From NCBI GenBank assembly GCA_023459875.1, contig JAEWRY010000028.1, positions 1 to 64,000 on the forward strand: a DNA stretch of 64,000 nucleotides. The letters are read 5' to 3'. The notes under the pieces were generated by a model. It worked only from the letters and a program-made list of their open reading frames with translations, was not told the origin of the DNA and did not search any database. Both the position numbers and the translations under genes were made by a program. Positions 45,862 to 55,579 of the stretch are shown in pieces. The stretch comes from Bacillota bacterium. GTDB taxonomy: Bacteria > Bacillota > Clostridia > Oscillospirales > Oscillospiraceae. The stretch's first letter is position 1, and the number at the start of each line of letters is the position of its first letter.

Positions 45862-47703
45862 TTATTCTATGGCGATATTATATTCCTTCAGCCAATAGTT
45901 CACCTGCAGCAGATACGCCATGAGCTGAGGCGCATTCATGAGCTGGCCGAACCAGGGCAGGTTGGTGTCCGGCCCAACCGTGAGCGCCAGCTCTTTTACC
46001 GCCGGACTGCTGATAAACGGCAGAATGGGCGACGACGGATCGTCCAACATGGCAAGGGTGAGCTTGCGCACCGCCTCCAGGAAAGCGGGGTTGTGGGTCT
46101 TGGGATACGGGCTTTTCTTCCGCCACAGCACGTCGTCGGGTAATATCCCCGCCAGAGCCTGCCGCAGAAGCCCTTTTTCCCGGTTCCGGTAGTTCTTCAT
46201 CTCCCAGGGAATATTCCAGACATATTCCACAAGCCGGTGGTCGCAGAAGGGCACTCTCAGTTCCAGGCCCGTCGCCATGCTCATCCGGTCTTTCCGGTCC
46301 AGGAGCGTGGGCATCCAGCGGGTCAGGTTCAGATAGAACAAATCTCTCATCCTTGCCTCCTGGGGGGAGTCACCGCTCCAGCGGGGCACTTCCTGAAGAG
46401 CTTCGGAGTACCGGCGGGCCATATATTCCTCCGGCTTCACAAGGCTCATAAGCTCGCCCGAGTAAAGGTTCAGCCGGTCCTTCAGACGCCTGGACCAGGG
46501 GAAGGTGTTTTCCGCATCCGCCGGATTGTAGAACCACGGATACCCGCCGAAAACCTCGTCGGCGCATTCGCCCGAGATTCCCACCGTTGAGCGCTTCTTG
46601 ATAAACCGGCTGAAGAGGAGCAGGGAGGAGTCCACGTCGGTCATCCCCGGCAGATCCCTGGCCAGGACGGAGGGGAAGAGGGCCTCCGCCAGCTCGAAAT
46701 TGTCGACGGTGCAGATTTCGTGGCTGGTACCCAGAAAGTCGGAAACTTTTTTCACCCAAGGGGCGTCCGCGTTGGGCTGGAACTCGTTTACGTGAAAATA
46801 AGTATCGTTTCCCACATAGTCCACCGAGAAGGTGCGTAGCGCGTCTTTTCCCTGCTCCCGGTAAACACCCGAGGCCACCGCGGTGATGGCGCTGGAGTCA
46901 AGCCCGCCCGAGAGCAGCACGCAGAGCGGCACGTCGGAGACCAATTGGCGGGTGATGGAATCGGTCACCAGTTCCCGCACTGAGTTAACGGTGTGTCCGA
47001 AGTTTTCCCCGTGCTCGTGGCTTACGAGGGACCAGTACGGCCGGATTTTGATTCCGGATTCATCCACGTACATACAGCAGCCCGGTCTGAGCTCCGAAAT
47101 GCCCGAGAAAACGCCGTGTCCGGGCGTCCTGGAGGGGCCCATCACAAAGATTTCCGCCAGACCTTCCCGGCCGATTCTCGGAGAGATTTCCGGATGCGCC
47201 AGAAGCGCCTTGATTTCCGAGGCAAAGAAGAAAGTGTTTTCCTTCCGGCTGTAAAACAGCGGCTTGACGCCGATCCGGTCCCGGGCGAGAAAAAGCCGGT
47301 TCTTTTCCCCGTCCCAGACAGCAAACGCAAAGATTCCGTTAAATTTCTCAAGGCATCCTTCGCCCCACTCAATGTAAGAAGTGAGAAGCACCTCGGTGTC
47401 CGACCAACCCTCAAAGGAGTAACCCTTGGCGGCCAGTTCACGCCGGATGTCTTCCGTATTATAGAGCTCCCCGTTGTAAACCAGAGCATAGACGTTTTCG
47501 CCCCGATAACGGACCATCGGCTGCTTGCCGCCTTCCGGATCGACTACCACGAGCCGCGAGTGCCCCAGAACGGCGTGATGGGAAAACCAATAGCCTTCCG
47601 CGTCCGGTCCCCGGCGGCGCAATTGTTCCGTCATTGCCGTGATCTCGGTTTTCTCGCTGCTGAGTACTCTGGTAACGTCCGCATAACCAGAAATTCCGCA
47701 CAT
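45862..47703 (-). CDS. asnB: Asparagine synthetase B (glutamine-hydrolysing).
   Basis: N-terminal MCGISGY with the Cys2 nucleophile. SGGLDSS PP-loop. ORF 45862..47757 trimmed to this ATG. Confidence 0.9.
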   Translation of the reverse strand: MCGISGYADVTRVLSSEKTEITAMTEQLRRRGPDAEGYWFSHHAVLGHSRLVVVDPEGGKQPMVRYRGENVYALVYNGELYNTEDIRRELAAKGYSFEGWSDTEVLLTSYIEWGEGCLEKFNGIFAFAVWDGEKNRLFLARDRIGVKPLFYSRKENTFFFASEIKALLAHPEISPRIGREGLAEIFVMGPSRTPGHGVFSGISELRPGCCMYVDESGIKIRPYWSLVSHEHGENFGHTVNSVRELVTDSITRQLVSDVPLCVLLSGGLDSSAITAVASGVYREQGKDALRTFSVDYVGNDTYFHVNEFQPNADAPWVKKVSDFLGTSHEICTVDNFELAEALFPSVLARDLPGMTDVDSSLLLFSRFIKKRSTVGISGECADEVFGGYPWFYNPADAENTFPWSRRLKDRLNLYSGELMSLVKPEEYMARRYSEALQEVPRWSGDSPQEARMRDLFYLNLTRWMPTLLDRKDRMSMATGLELRVPFCDHRLVEYVWNIPWEMKNYRNREKGLLRQALAGILPDDVLWRKKSPYPKTHNPAFLEAVRKLTLAMLDDPSSPILPFISSPAVKELALTVGPDTNLPWFGQLMNAPQLMAYLLQVNYWLKEYNIAIE

Positions 47704-47760
47704 GTGTGCTCGCACCCCCAAAAAAATCGTCCTGACAAAAGGAAACCACCCTTTCATCAG
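47704..47760 (-). promoter_or_regulatory. Leader-region intrinsic terminator (attenuator) immediately upstream of the asnB start codon.
   Basis: Minus strand: CGTCCTGA-(21-nt loop containing AAAGGGTGGTTTCCTTT)-TCAGGACG then TTTTTTT, 16 nt before the ATG. Confidence 0.5.
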
Positions 47761-47924
47761 GACGCCATTGTCCAGATTCAGTCCGTTCCATACTATGAGC
47801 CATTGCTCGTGTTCGTGCCGGTTTTACCCGGCTCACGTCAGCGGTTTCCCTGACGCGGAAGACATCTGGAATTGAGCTGTTGCCTTCTGCGTGAAATAGT
47901 AAGAAAAATCAATTTATTCAGAAA

Positions 47925-47955
47925 TCCTGTTGCATTTGTATTTTTTATCCTGTAG
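47925..47955 (+). promoter_or_regulatory. Sigma-70-type promoter TTGCAT-N17-TAGTAT upstream of the diguanylate cyclase gene.
   Basis: Seen directly in the sequence. Confidence 0.45.
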
Positions 47956-48193
47956 TATGTTATTTGTTCGCCCGGCTGAAAAATCCGGAACTGTCCCATT
48001 TGGCATACCGGAAAATGCGGAGGGACGGGAGCGTTGCGGGCGGTCTCTGCAGTTGAGAGACGCCGTTCAATACTTATTTTGCATAAGTGTATGCATTTTT
48101 GCTGCTTTGCTGCTCGCCATCAGCGAGCGTTGGAAAGCGGATTTTATCTTTTCCTTAATGAAAATCAGTTTGATTTCGGGAAGGGAATGTGAT

Positions 48194-51151
48194 ATGGAAG
48201 AAAAAAGGCCATGTTTACTCTATCTCCTTTTTGCTGAACTTGCCACCGGCATAGGCTGTATCCTCTATACCTTACTGTGTCCCAATGCGCCTTTCCTTCC
48301 GAACCCGGCTTATGGCGCAGGCGCTCAGCAGCTTCCGGATCACGCGGCTGTTTCCATATGGGTTTTTGCGTTCCTGGTGTTTACCGCCGCGATTTTATTG
48401 GCCATGGCGGTTTTGAGTAAAAAGAACGAAACCAATCAGAACATCGCTTCCATTGTCAGCCTGGCCCTTTTTATTCTTTTGGCGGCGGTCTGGATCTTTT
48501 TTGAAAACGGCGTGCCTTCCCAATATATCAGCAATCTGCTTGTCTTGCGGCTGGTTTCGTTTTTTTGCTTTCATTTATTGCCGGCGCCCTATCTGCTATT
48601 TGTCAAAGACCTCTGTGGCTATGGAAAGCGCTGCTTCACCATTTTGTTTTACCTGCTTTTCGGGCTTTATGCCGGTAATTCGGTCTGGCTGGTCACCCAT
48701 CAATTAGAATATCCCCACACCCTGCTGCTCATTCATATTCTGATCGCGGTCAGCTTGGCGGCTTCTCTATGGATTTGCGTGGCCGAGCTGCTGCGCAATC
48801 AGAATTATGAAGCCAGGGAACTGCTAGTGGGCCTGATCGTTCTCGCCGTCGTTTCCGCCGTCAATCTCCTGCTGTTTTATACCGAGCAGGACAGAGACTA
48901 TTCCCTGTATATCATCGGTCTTGTGGTGCTCATCTTTATGATCAGCATAGGCGCGATCCGAAGGATCGCCTTGAGCTTCTCCAAGGCGAAGAGCTTTTCA
49001 GCCATTGCCGCAGCGATTCCCACCGGTATTTTCTGCGCGAAGAACGACGAACACATGACCCTTCTCTACGCTAACGAATCCTATTATCAGATGTACGGAT
49101 TTTCCTCTGAGAAAGAAGCGCGCCAGGCCGGTATGACCTGTGCGGATCAGATGATAGCGGACAGCGAGGTTCCCGTGGCAAACTCCGCCCGCTTCACCCA
49201 AATCGGGCAGGGGGAGAGGCACATAGAAATCGAGACCCGTGAAAATGACCGGTGGGGCAAAGAAATCTGGGTGATGAACCGGCTCCAATACCAGCCGGTC
49301 AGCGACGAGGTAATCGGCTCCGTGATCGACATCACGGACCGCAAGCATATGGAGGAAGAACTGCGTATCCGCGAGGAAGAGTACCGTGTCGCCGTAGAGC
49401 AAAGCGACAAATACGTCTTCCGCTATGATATTGCCACAAAAACGGCATATCTGCGTCCGAAAACCATGGAGATCTTCGGCCTGGAAGCCATTGTTCCAGA
49501 TCTGCCGCACAGCGTCGCGGTGAGAGAAAATCTGGAGGAAGGCAGCGTTCAGGAGTTTATCCAATTTTTCGAAGACATCAACCGGGGAGAGCCCTCTGGG
49601 GAAATGAACATACATATCAAAAACGCTCTGTCGCCGGGATATCGCTGGTATCATACCGTGTTTACCACCATATACGGCGGCGACGGGAAAGCGATCTCCG
49701 CCATCATATCCTGCGAGGATATCAGCGACCTGCATGAAAAAGAAGTGGCGTACAGACGGTGGCGGCAGAATGTTGAGGCCATATCTCAGGAAAGCATCGT
49801 ATGTTATGAACATAATCTGACAAAAGATGTCTGCGAACGGCAGGAAGGAAAATCCGAATGGCTGGTGCGCGGCCACGTGCCTCTCAAATGGGATCAGATG
49901 AAAGACTACAGCGTGGGGCATTTTGTATATCCGGAAGACACAGAGCGGTTTCTCAGCTTCTTCGACCGGGAAAGGCTGCAGCACTCCTTCCGCAACGGTA
50001 CGGCGGAAGAAATACTGGAATATCGCCAGCAATCCAAAGATGGACCGCGCTGGGTGCGCAGTGTCGTTCAGATGATCGAGGACCCGTATTCCTCAGACAT
50101 CAGGGCATTTATCCGCTTTCGGGATATCGACAGCAAAAAGAAGGAGCAGATACGGCTGCAGACCCAGTCGCGGGAAGATGCGCTCACAGGCCTCCTCAAC
50201 AGAAGCGAATTTGTCTGCCAGATTAATCATCTGCTGGCTTCTTCCCCCGCGGGCACTCAGCACGCCTTCCTCATGATTGATCTGGACGGGTTTAAGCAGG
50301 TCAACGACCGGCTGGGACATATGGTTGGCGACAGGGTGCTTTCGGAATTGTCACATGATCTTAAGGCCCTGCTGCGCGCCGGCGATCTGATCGGCAGGAT
50401 CGGCGGCGACGAAGTCATGCTTTGCCTCAAGAATATTCCCTACGACGACGTGATCGAACGCCGCGCAATCCTCATCCGCAAGCTTTTAACAAAAAATCTG
50501 GAAAGCGACCTTACGGTTACCGGCAGCCTTGGAGTAGCAATGTATCCCAGAGACGGAACTACCTTCGAAGCCCTTTACCGCAGGGCGGATCTTGCCCTTT
50601 ATCAGGCGAAGGCCCAGGGACGCAACCGGTATGTTTTTTATCACGCCTCGATGGATGCCGGCGTTTGTATTCCCACCGGCACGTCCGACGGTACCCCCGC
50701 CGGCGGGATGAAGTCGGAAAGAAACAACTGGATGGATGATCTGATCCGCGAGAACGACGCCGTTGTTTTGCGGCAGAGCGAGGACGAACGGTACCGGCTT
50801 ATTATGGAAAACAGCACCCAGGCTATTATGGACTGGAACCTGGAGACCGGCGCCTGTTTCCATTCGGAGCGGCTCGGACAATATGAGTTAAGCCCTATGG
50901 AAGACCTTATGCTTTATGATGGGAAAGGCGTTATTCAAGGGGTTCATCCAGACGATCTGGAAGCAGTCAAAGAGATGTACCGGCAAGTCAGACAGGGCAC
51001 TCCGGTGGCCGAGGCTGAGCTGCGTCTTCTGAAAATCAGCGGAGCTTATGTCAGGTGCCGTGTCGTGGCCATCAATATTTTTGGAACCGATCAAAAACGG
51101 ATCAGGACAATCGTCACCTTCTCCGATCTTCCGATGAAGAAAGAGACGTAA
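48194..51151 (+). CDS. Membrane sensor diguanylate cyclase: N-terminal polytopic domain, PAS domains, GGDEF domain with GGDEV variant, C-terminal PAS.
   Basis: GGGAAGGGAA RBS. About 8 TM segments. GGDEF domain with RIGGDEVMLCL. ORF 47930.. extended upstream. Confidence 0.8.
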   Translation: MEEKRPCLLYLLFAELATGIGCILYTLLCPNAPFLPNPAYGAGAQQLPDHAAVSIWVFAFLVFTAAILLAMAVLSKKNETNQNIASIVSLALFILLAAVWIFFENGVPSQYISNLLVLRLVSFFCFHLLPAPYLLFVKDLCGYGKRCFTILFYLLFGLYAGNSVWLVTHQLEYPHTLLLIHILIAVSLAASLWICVAELLRNQNYEARELLVGLIVLAVVSAVNLLLFYTEQDRDYSLYIIGLVVLIFMISIGAIRRIALSFSKAKSFSAIAAAIPTGIFCAKNDEHMTLLYANESYYQMYGFSSEKEARQAGMTCADQMIADSEVPVANSARFTQIGQGERHIEIETRENDRWGKEIWVMNRLQYQPVSDEVIGSVIDITDRKHMEEELRIREEEYRVAVEQSDKYVFRYDIATKTAYLRPKTMEIFGLEAIVPDLPHSVAVRENLEEGSVQEFIQFFEDINRGEPSGEMNIHIKNALSPGYRWYHTVFTTIYGGDGKAISAIISCEDISDLHEKEVAYRRWRQNVEAISQESIVCYEHNLTKDVCERQEGKSEWLVRGHVPLKWDQMKDYSVGHFVYPEDTERFLSFFDRERLQHSFRNGTAEEILEYRQQSKDGPRWVRSVVQMIEDPYSSDIRAFIRFRDIDSKKKEQIRLQTQSREDALTGLLNRSEFVCQINHLLASSPAGTQHAFLMIDLDGFKQVNDRLGHMVGDRVLSELSHDLKALLRAGDLIGRIGGDEVMLCLKNIPYDDVIERRAILIRKLLTKNLESDLTVTGSLGVAMYPRDGTTFEALYRRADLALYQAKAQGRNRYVFYHASMDAGVCIPTGTSDGTPAGGMKSERNNWMDDLIRENDAVVLRQSEDERYRLIMENSTQAIMDWNLETGACFHSERLGQYELSPMEDLMLYDGKGVIQGVHPDDLEAVKEMYRQVRQGTPVAEAELRLLKISGAYVRCRVVAINIFGTDQKRIRTIVTFSDLPMKKET

Positions 51152-51308
51152 ATAGGCGGAAGAAAGACAAAAGCAGGCAATTTGCATCCCCGGGGCAAAT
51201 TGCCTGCTGCTTATTTAGGCTGATTTCTGTTTGGGGTTCTTAGGAAAAGGGGCTTTCCTTCCGGTTTTAGACGCAGGTTTCCGTTAAACGGCCGGCTGGG
51301 TTATTCTA

Positions 51309-51449
51309 TCAGTACCGATTCTGCAGTAATCCCGAAGAGGATTCGCCGCTGGATCCCAATGTTCCTTTATCGGTATTGCGGCCTTGGTTCTGCTGTTTTA
51401 CCTGTTTGTTTTTATCTTTGTTTTCCTTCTTGAAATTTTTGTCGGACAT
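51309..51449 (-). CDS. Small hydrophilic ORF, 46 aa (MSDKNFKKENKDKNKQVKQQNQGRNTDKGTLGSS...), possible small spore/stress protein.
   Basis: Not in the ORF track (<60 aa). GAGGTGAT RBS, spacing 6. Lys/Asn/Gln-rich. Functional guess is weak. Confidence 0.35.
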   Translation of the reverse strand: MSDKNFKKENKDKNKQVKQQNQGRNTDKGTLGSSGESSSGLLQNRY

Positions 51450-51681
51450 TCGATCACCTCATATCGTTTGTTTTTGATGCGGTGGCAACCAATAGTATGC
51501 GCACGTCCGAGGAAAAATATAGGAATGCAATACAAAATTTGTTAAATTATATGGATGCAGCCCGAAAGCCAAAGTTCCGGATGACAGGCTTTCTTCGTTA
51601 TGCTATAATCCTCCCATTAACTGCCTGTCAGGATAACGGACGGCATACATCCCAATCACTGCATGGAAGGACGGCGCATAA

Positions 51682-52539
51682 ATGATTTATATGGTAATCA
51701 TCGACACTTTATTTGACGGCGTAAAAATGCTTCCCTTCCTGTTGGGAACTTACTTTTTTATTGAATGGCTGGAACACCTGGCCTCCGACGGATTTATCCT
51801 AAAACTGCGCACCGCGGGCCGTTTCGGAAGCGTTGCAGGCGCCCTTCTGGGTCTCATTCCCCAATGCGGAATTTCCGTGGCTGCCGTGGGACTTTATCGC
51901 GCGGGAGTCGTCACTCTGGGAACGCTTCTCGCCGTGTTCCTTTCCACTTCCGACGAGGCTCTGCCTGTTTTGCTTGCCAACCCGGGCAGTTGGGGAGATA
52001 TCTGGAGGCTCCTGTTATGTAAGCTGGTTGTGGCAAGTCTGGCGGGAATTGCCGTGGATCTGCTTGGAATCGATAAACGCGGCGCCGGAAACGGCGTTAA
52101 AGAGTCCTGGGAGGATAAGCGCCGCTATGACTCCTGCCGCTGCCGCGAGGAAGAAGCCCTTTTTAAATCGGTGCTCCGGCATACAGCCGAGACCTTTTTC
52201 TTTATTCTTGCGGTCACGCTGGCAATCAATCTGACAATCGCGACGTTAGGGGAGGACAAACTCTCCGTTCTGCTGCTGACCAACACGGTATGGCAGCCGC
52301 TGCTTTCGGCTCTTGTGGGCTTCATTCCCAGCTGTGCCGCTTCGGTAGCCCTCACCCAGCTCTATGTTGCCGGAAGCATCAGCTTCGGAGGCGCCCTTGC
52401 CGGGCTTTGTACCAGCGCCGGAGTGGGACTTGCCGTTCTGTATCAGAGCCGGGACGGGAAGAATACCCTTAAGATCTGTGCGCTGCTCTATGAAGTCGGA
52501 GCGGCGGCGGGATTTACGGCAAACGCCTTATTTTTGTAA
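51682..52539 (+). CDS. Polytopic membrane permease of unknown specificity, with internal repeat and two P-x-C-(G/A)-x-S-V-A motifs.
   Basis: About 8 TM segments. Repeats IPQCGISVAAV and IPSCAASVALT. Confidence 0.5.
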   Translation: MIYMVIIDTLFDGVKMLPFLLGTYFFIEWLEHLASDGFILKLRTAGRFGSVAGALLGLIPQCGISVAAVGLYRAGVVTLGTLLAVFLSTSDEALPVLLANPGSWGDIWRLLLCKLVVASLAGIAVDLLGIDKRGAGNGVKESWEDKRRYDSCRCREEEALFKSVLRHTAETFFFILAVTLAINLTIATLGEDKLSVLLLTNTVWQPLLSALVGFIPSCAASVALTQLYVAGSISFGGALAGLCTSAGVGLAVLYQSRDGKNTLKICALLYEVGAAAGFTANALFL

Positions 52540-52867
52540 AGCAGGAGCAAGGTTTCTGGGATTTTTCACAAAATGAGGGCCGGTTTTCAAGATGCATGAG
52601 TGCCTTATGGCAAACATATGCTTTTACAGGGAGCATCTGCGGTGCGGGACCCAAAATATTGAAGCCGTGAAAGCGCTGAGCGCTCTCCCGGGCGACAGGA
52701 ACTGACAGCAAAATGCTGTCAGTAATCCGACACTTTGTCAAATAACTGACGATATTTTCGCCTAAATTTATGACATTCATAAAACGAATAATAATCTCTT
52801 CTTCATATTCCCTTTGCACACAAGGCATGCGGGGTTCGCTTCACCAATTGTGAATAATTTTTGAATT

Positions 52868-52884
52868 CTGGCATGGAACTTGCA
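52868..52884 (+). promoter_or_regulatory. Sigma-54-type promoter (TGGCAT-N5-TTGCA) in the long cstA leader.
   Basis: GG and GC elements spaced exactly as in the -24/-12 consensus. About 335 nt upstream of the cstA ATG. Confidence 0.45.
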
Positions 52885-53218
52885 AGGTATTTGCAGCGTG
52901 TAGGCGCAAACAGTGCGCGGGCGAACGGATTTACTTACCGAAGGAAAGGCGGCACCTTAATACGATCTTGTAGATTGGTGGACGTTTTTTGACAAGCGGC
53001 AAAGGAAAGAAATTCGCCTTCTCTGCGCTCAGAGGGTATCTTAGCCCTTAAGTCCGGCTTTTTGGCCGGGCGGAGACGCCGGGACCTGTTATTCCGCATG
53101 GCCTTTAGGGCAAATAGAAGGAGAGGGGGCTTTGACGAAAAATTTTCACTGCATTTCAAGAAAGAGATATCGCAAGGAGAAAATTTTTTAGTGTTTGGAA
53201 GGGAGGCAATTTCTCGCA

Positions 53219-54862
53219 ATGACTACTACTACAATGACAATTATCGCCCTGGTGATTTGGGGATTTGGTTACCTGGTCGTCAGCACTTTCCTCCAGAAGA
53301 AGTACTTTATTTACAAGCCCGACCGTATGGTGCCCGCCATTCAGTTCCGTGACGACGTGGACTTCTATCCCGCGCATATCGGTTCCCTGTTCGGTGACCA
53401 CTGGGCTTCCATCGCCGGAGGCGCTCCTCTGTCCGGCGGCGCGACCGGCGCCATGTGGGGCATCCTGCCCGCGTTCCTTTACATCACCGTCGGCAATATC
53501 TTCCTTGGCTCTCCCCATGACTACGCCACCATGCACATCTCCGTGCGTAAGGAAGGCAAGACCATCGGTCTGCTGATTCAGGACCTGATCGGCTCCAGAG
53601 CTTCCAAGCTGGGCGTGTTCCTCGGCTGGGCCTCCATCGCCGCCTTCACCGCGAGCTTCCTGTCCGCGCTGCCCGCCCTGTTTAACGGAACTCCGTCCCT
53701 GACTATCCCCACCCTGACCTTCACCATTCTGGGTGTCATCATGGGCTTCATGATCTACAAGGCCGGTATTTCCCTGAAGATCGTCTCCATCTTCGGCATC
53801 ATTGTTGAAGTCATCGCCGTTTGGGTCGGCCTTCAATTCCCGATCGTCCTTGCCAAAGACGTATGGCTTGTTATTTTCATAGTATACCCCGTCCTCTCGG
53901 CCTGCCTGCCCGCGTGGGTCCTGGTGGAGCCTAAGAACTACCTGAGCTTCTGCCTTATCGTCATCGGCTGCCTGGCGCTCTTCATCGGCGGCATCATCGG
54001 CAACATTCCCCTCCAGCTGCCCCTGTTCATCGCCAACTCCGCGAAGGGCCCCGTGTGGCCCATGCTGTTCCTCACCATCTCCTGCGGCGCTCTGACCGGC
54101 ATGCACTCCTTCTGGACCACCGGTTATACTTCCCGCCGTATCCCCGATGAGAAGTACGTCCGCCTGGTCGGTTACGCCGGCGAAGTTCTCGAAGGCGTCA
54201 CCGCTTACATCGCTTTCGCATGCGCGTGCGTGCTGCCTCTGGCCACTTACCTTGAGTACATCGCCAAGGGCTGGATCTTCATCCTTCAGAACGGCTATGC
54301 CGTTATCTGCGGCAAAGTGTTCCCCTTCGTTTCCTACGACACTTGGAAGGTGTTCGGCGGACTGCTCGGCTCCATCTTCATGATCACCACCCTGGAGTCC
54401 GGCTGCCGCAACATGAGAATCTTCATGATCGAGCTCTTCACCATGGTCACCAAGAAGTCCGTCACCAACAGCTGGGCCAAGTGGGTCGCCGGCGCTCTGT
54501 CGATGATCATCTGCGGTCTGCTCTGCAAGTCCGGCACCTGGTTCTACGTGTGGATCCTCTTCCCCGCCCTCTCCAGCCTGCTCGCCTGCAACTCCTTCAT
54601 GGTCGTTATCATCTGGCTGAAGATGGTCGGCAGACCCCAGGGATACTGGTGGACCGCCCTGTGGCTCACCATGTTTGGTATTGCTATCCCCGGCTCGGCT
54701 TACCTGACCTGGACCTACATCAAGACCGCCACCTACTACCTGGCCTGGATCCCCGCTCTGGCCATTATCTTTGTGGCTATCTTCTTCCATGATTTCTGGG
54801 CTCGCCTGAAATCCATTACCCCCGAGGAGATCGCCATCGCCACCGCGAAGGAAGACGCGTAA
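53219..54862 (+). CDS. cstA: Carbon starvation protein CstA (peptide/pyruvate transporter family).
   Basis: CstA-family polytopic pattern throughout. Confidence 0.9.
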   Translation: MTTTTMTIIALVIWGFGYLVVSTFLQKKYFIYKPDRMVPAIQFRDDVDFYPAHIGSLFGDHWASIAGGAPLSGGATGAMWGILPAFLYITVGNIFLGSPHDYATMHISVRKEGKTIGLLIQDLIGSRASKLGVFLGWASIAAFTASFLSALPALFNGTPSLTIPTLTFTILGVIMGFMIYKAGISLKIVSIFGIIVEVIAVWVGLQFPIVLAKDVWLVIFIVYPVLSACLPAWVLVEPKNYLSFCLIVIGCLALFIGGIIGNIPLQLPLFIANSAKGPVWPMLFLTISCGALTGMHSFWTTGYTSRRIPDEKYVRLVGYAGEVLEGVTAYIAFACACVLPLATYLEYIAKGWIFILQNGYAVICGKVFPFVSYDTWKVFGGLLGSIFMITTLESGCRNMRIFMIELFTMVTKKSVTNSWAKWVAGALSMIICGLLCKSGTWFYVWILFPALSSLLACNSFMVVIIWLKMVGRPQGYWWTALWLTMFGIAIPGSAYLTWTYIKTATYYLAWIPALAIIFVAIFFHDFWARLKSITPEEIAIATAKEDA

Positions 54863-55095
54863 TCAGAATAGTTTATTGCGAAATCGGTTCCGGCCGGGGG
54901 GAGTATGCTCTCTCCGGCCGGAACCCGAACCTGTTCTACTATTTTCATTTAATCGGCAGACAAAATCTGCCGATTAATGCCGCCGCAAAATGTGGCGGCC
55001 GGCGGCAAGCCGCCGGGAAAGCCGTATAATACTGATTTTGCAAAAATGCAGGCACTTTTGCGCTCGCCATCGGCGAGTTTTTGAAAGTTTACCTT

Positions 55096-55125
55096 GTCAA
55101 GTTCCCAAAAAATGTGTATGATAAA
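55096..55125 (+). promoter_or_regulatory. Sigma-70-type promoter TTGTCA-N17-TATGAT.
   Basis: Seen directly. Upstream of the small 91-aa gene. Confidence 0.4.
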
Positions 55126-55277
55126 TAAGAAATCAGGGAGATCGAATCGATTCTCCATTGGTTAACAAGTCCCCATAATTCCGTTTCCAACCGCATTACC
55201 ACGTACCTTTTGACACAAGATATAAGTATATGCTTCTGCATATACAACCCCGGAAAAATGAATCGGAGGTGTAAATT

Positions 55278-55553
55278 ATGGCAGAGAAAATCAGCTTTAT
55301 TGAACAGATTGTCCTTGAGTGCGCGGCGAGCGGCGAAGTCGTCGATGAAAAAGACCTATCCGCAAAAGCTGTTTCCACTGTTAACAGCAAGAAGCAGGGC
55401 AACAATCCCGGCGTGACCAACCGCGTTCGGACGGTACTGCAGGAAATGCAGACCAAGGGTTATCTTGTGAAGGCCCCCGGCGGCGGTCTTTTCAGCAAGA
55501 AACTCCAGATTACCGAGAAGGGCAAGCAGGCCCTCGCAGAGAACCAGCAATAA
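55278..55553 (+). CDS. Small soluble hypothetical protein (91 aa).
   Basis: GGAGGTG RBS, spacing 8. Confidence 0.5.
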   Translation: MAEKISFIEQIVLECAASGEVVDEKDLSAKAVSTVNSKKQGNNPGVTNRVRTVLQEMQTKGYLVKAPGGGLFSKKLQITEKGKQALAENQQ

Positions 55554-55579
55554 AATTAGAATAGAATAGGAAGTCAATA

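Noticed and set aside
47704-47930. Possible T-box riboswitch upstream of asnB (GGGTGG present).
   Set aside because: The full T-box consensus AAnnnGGGTGGnACCGCG is not present. GGGTGG lies in the terminator loop and not in an antiterminator 5' strand, and the leader (~225 nt) is short for a T-box. Reported only as a generic attenuator.
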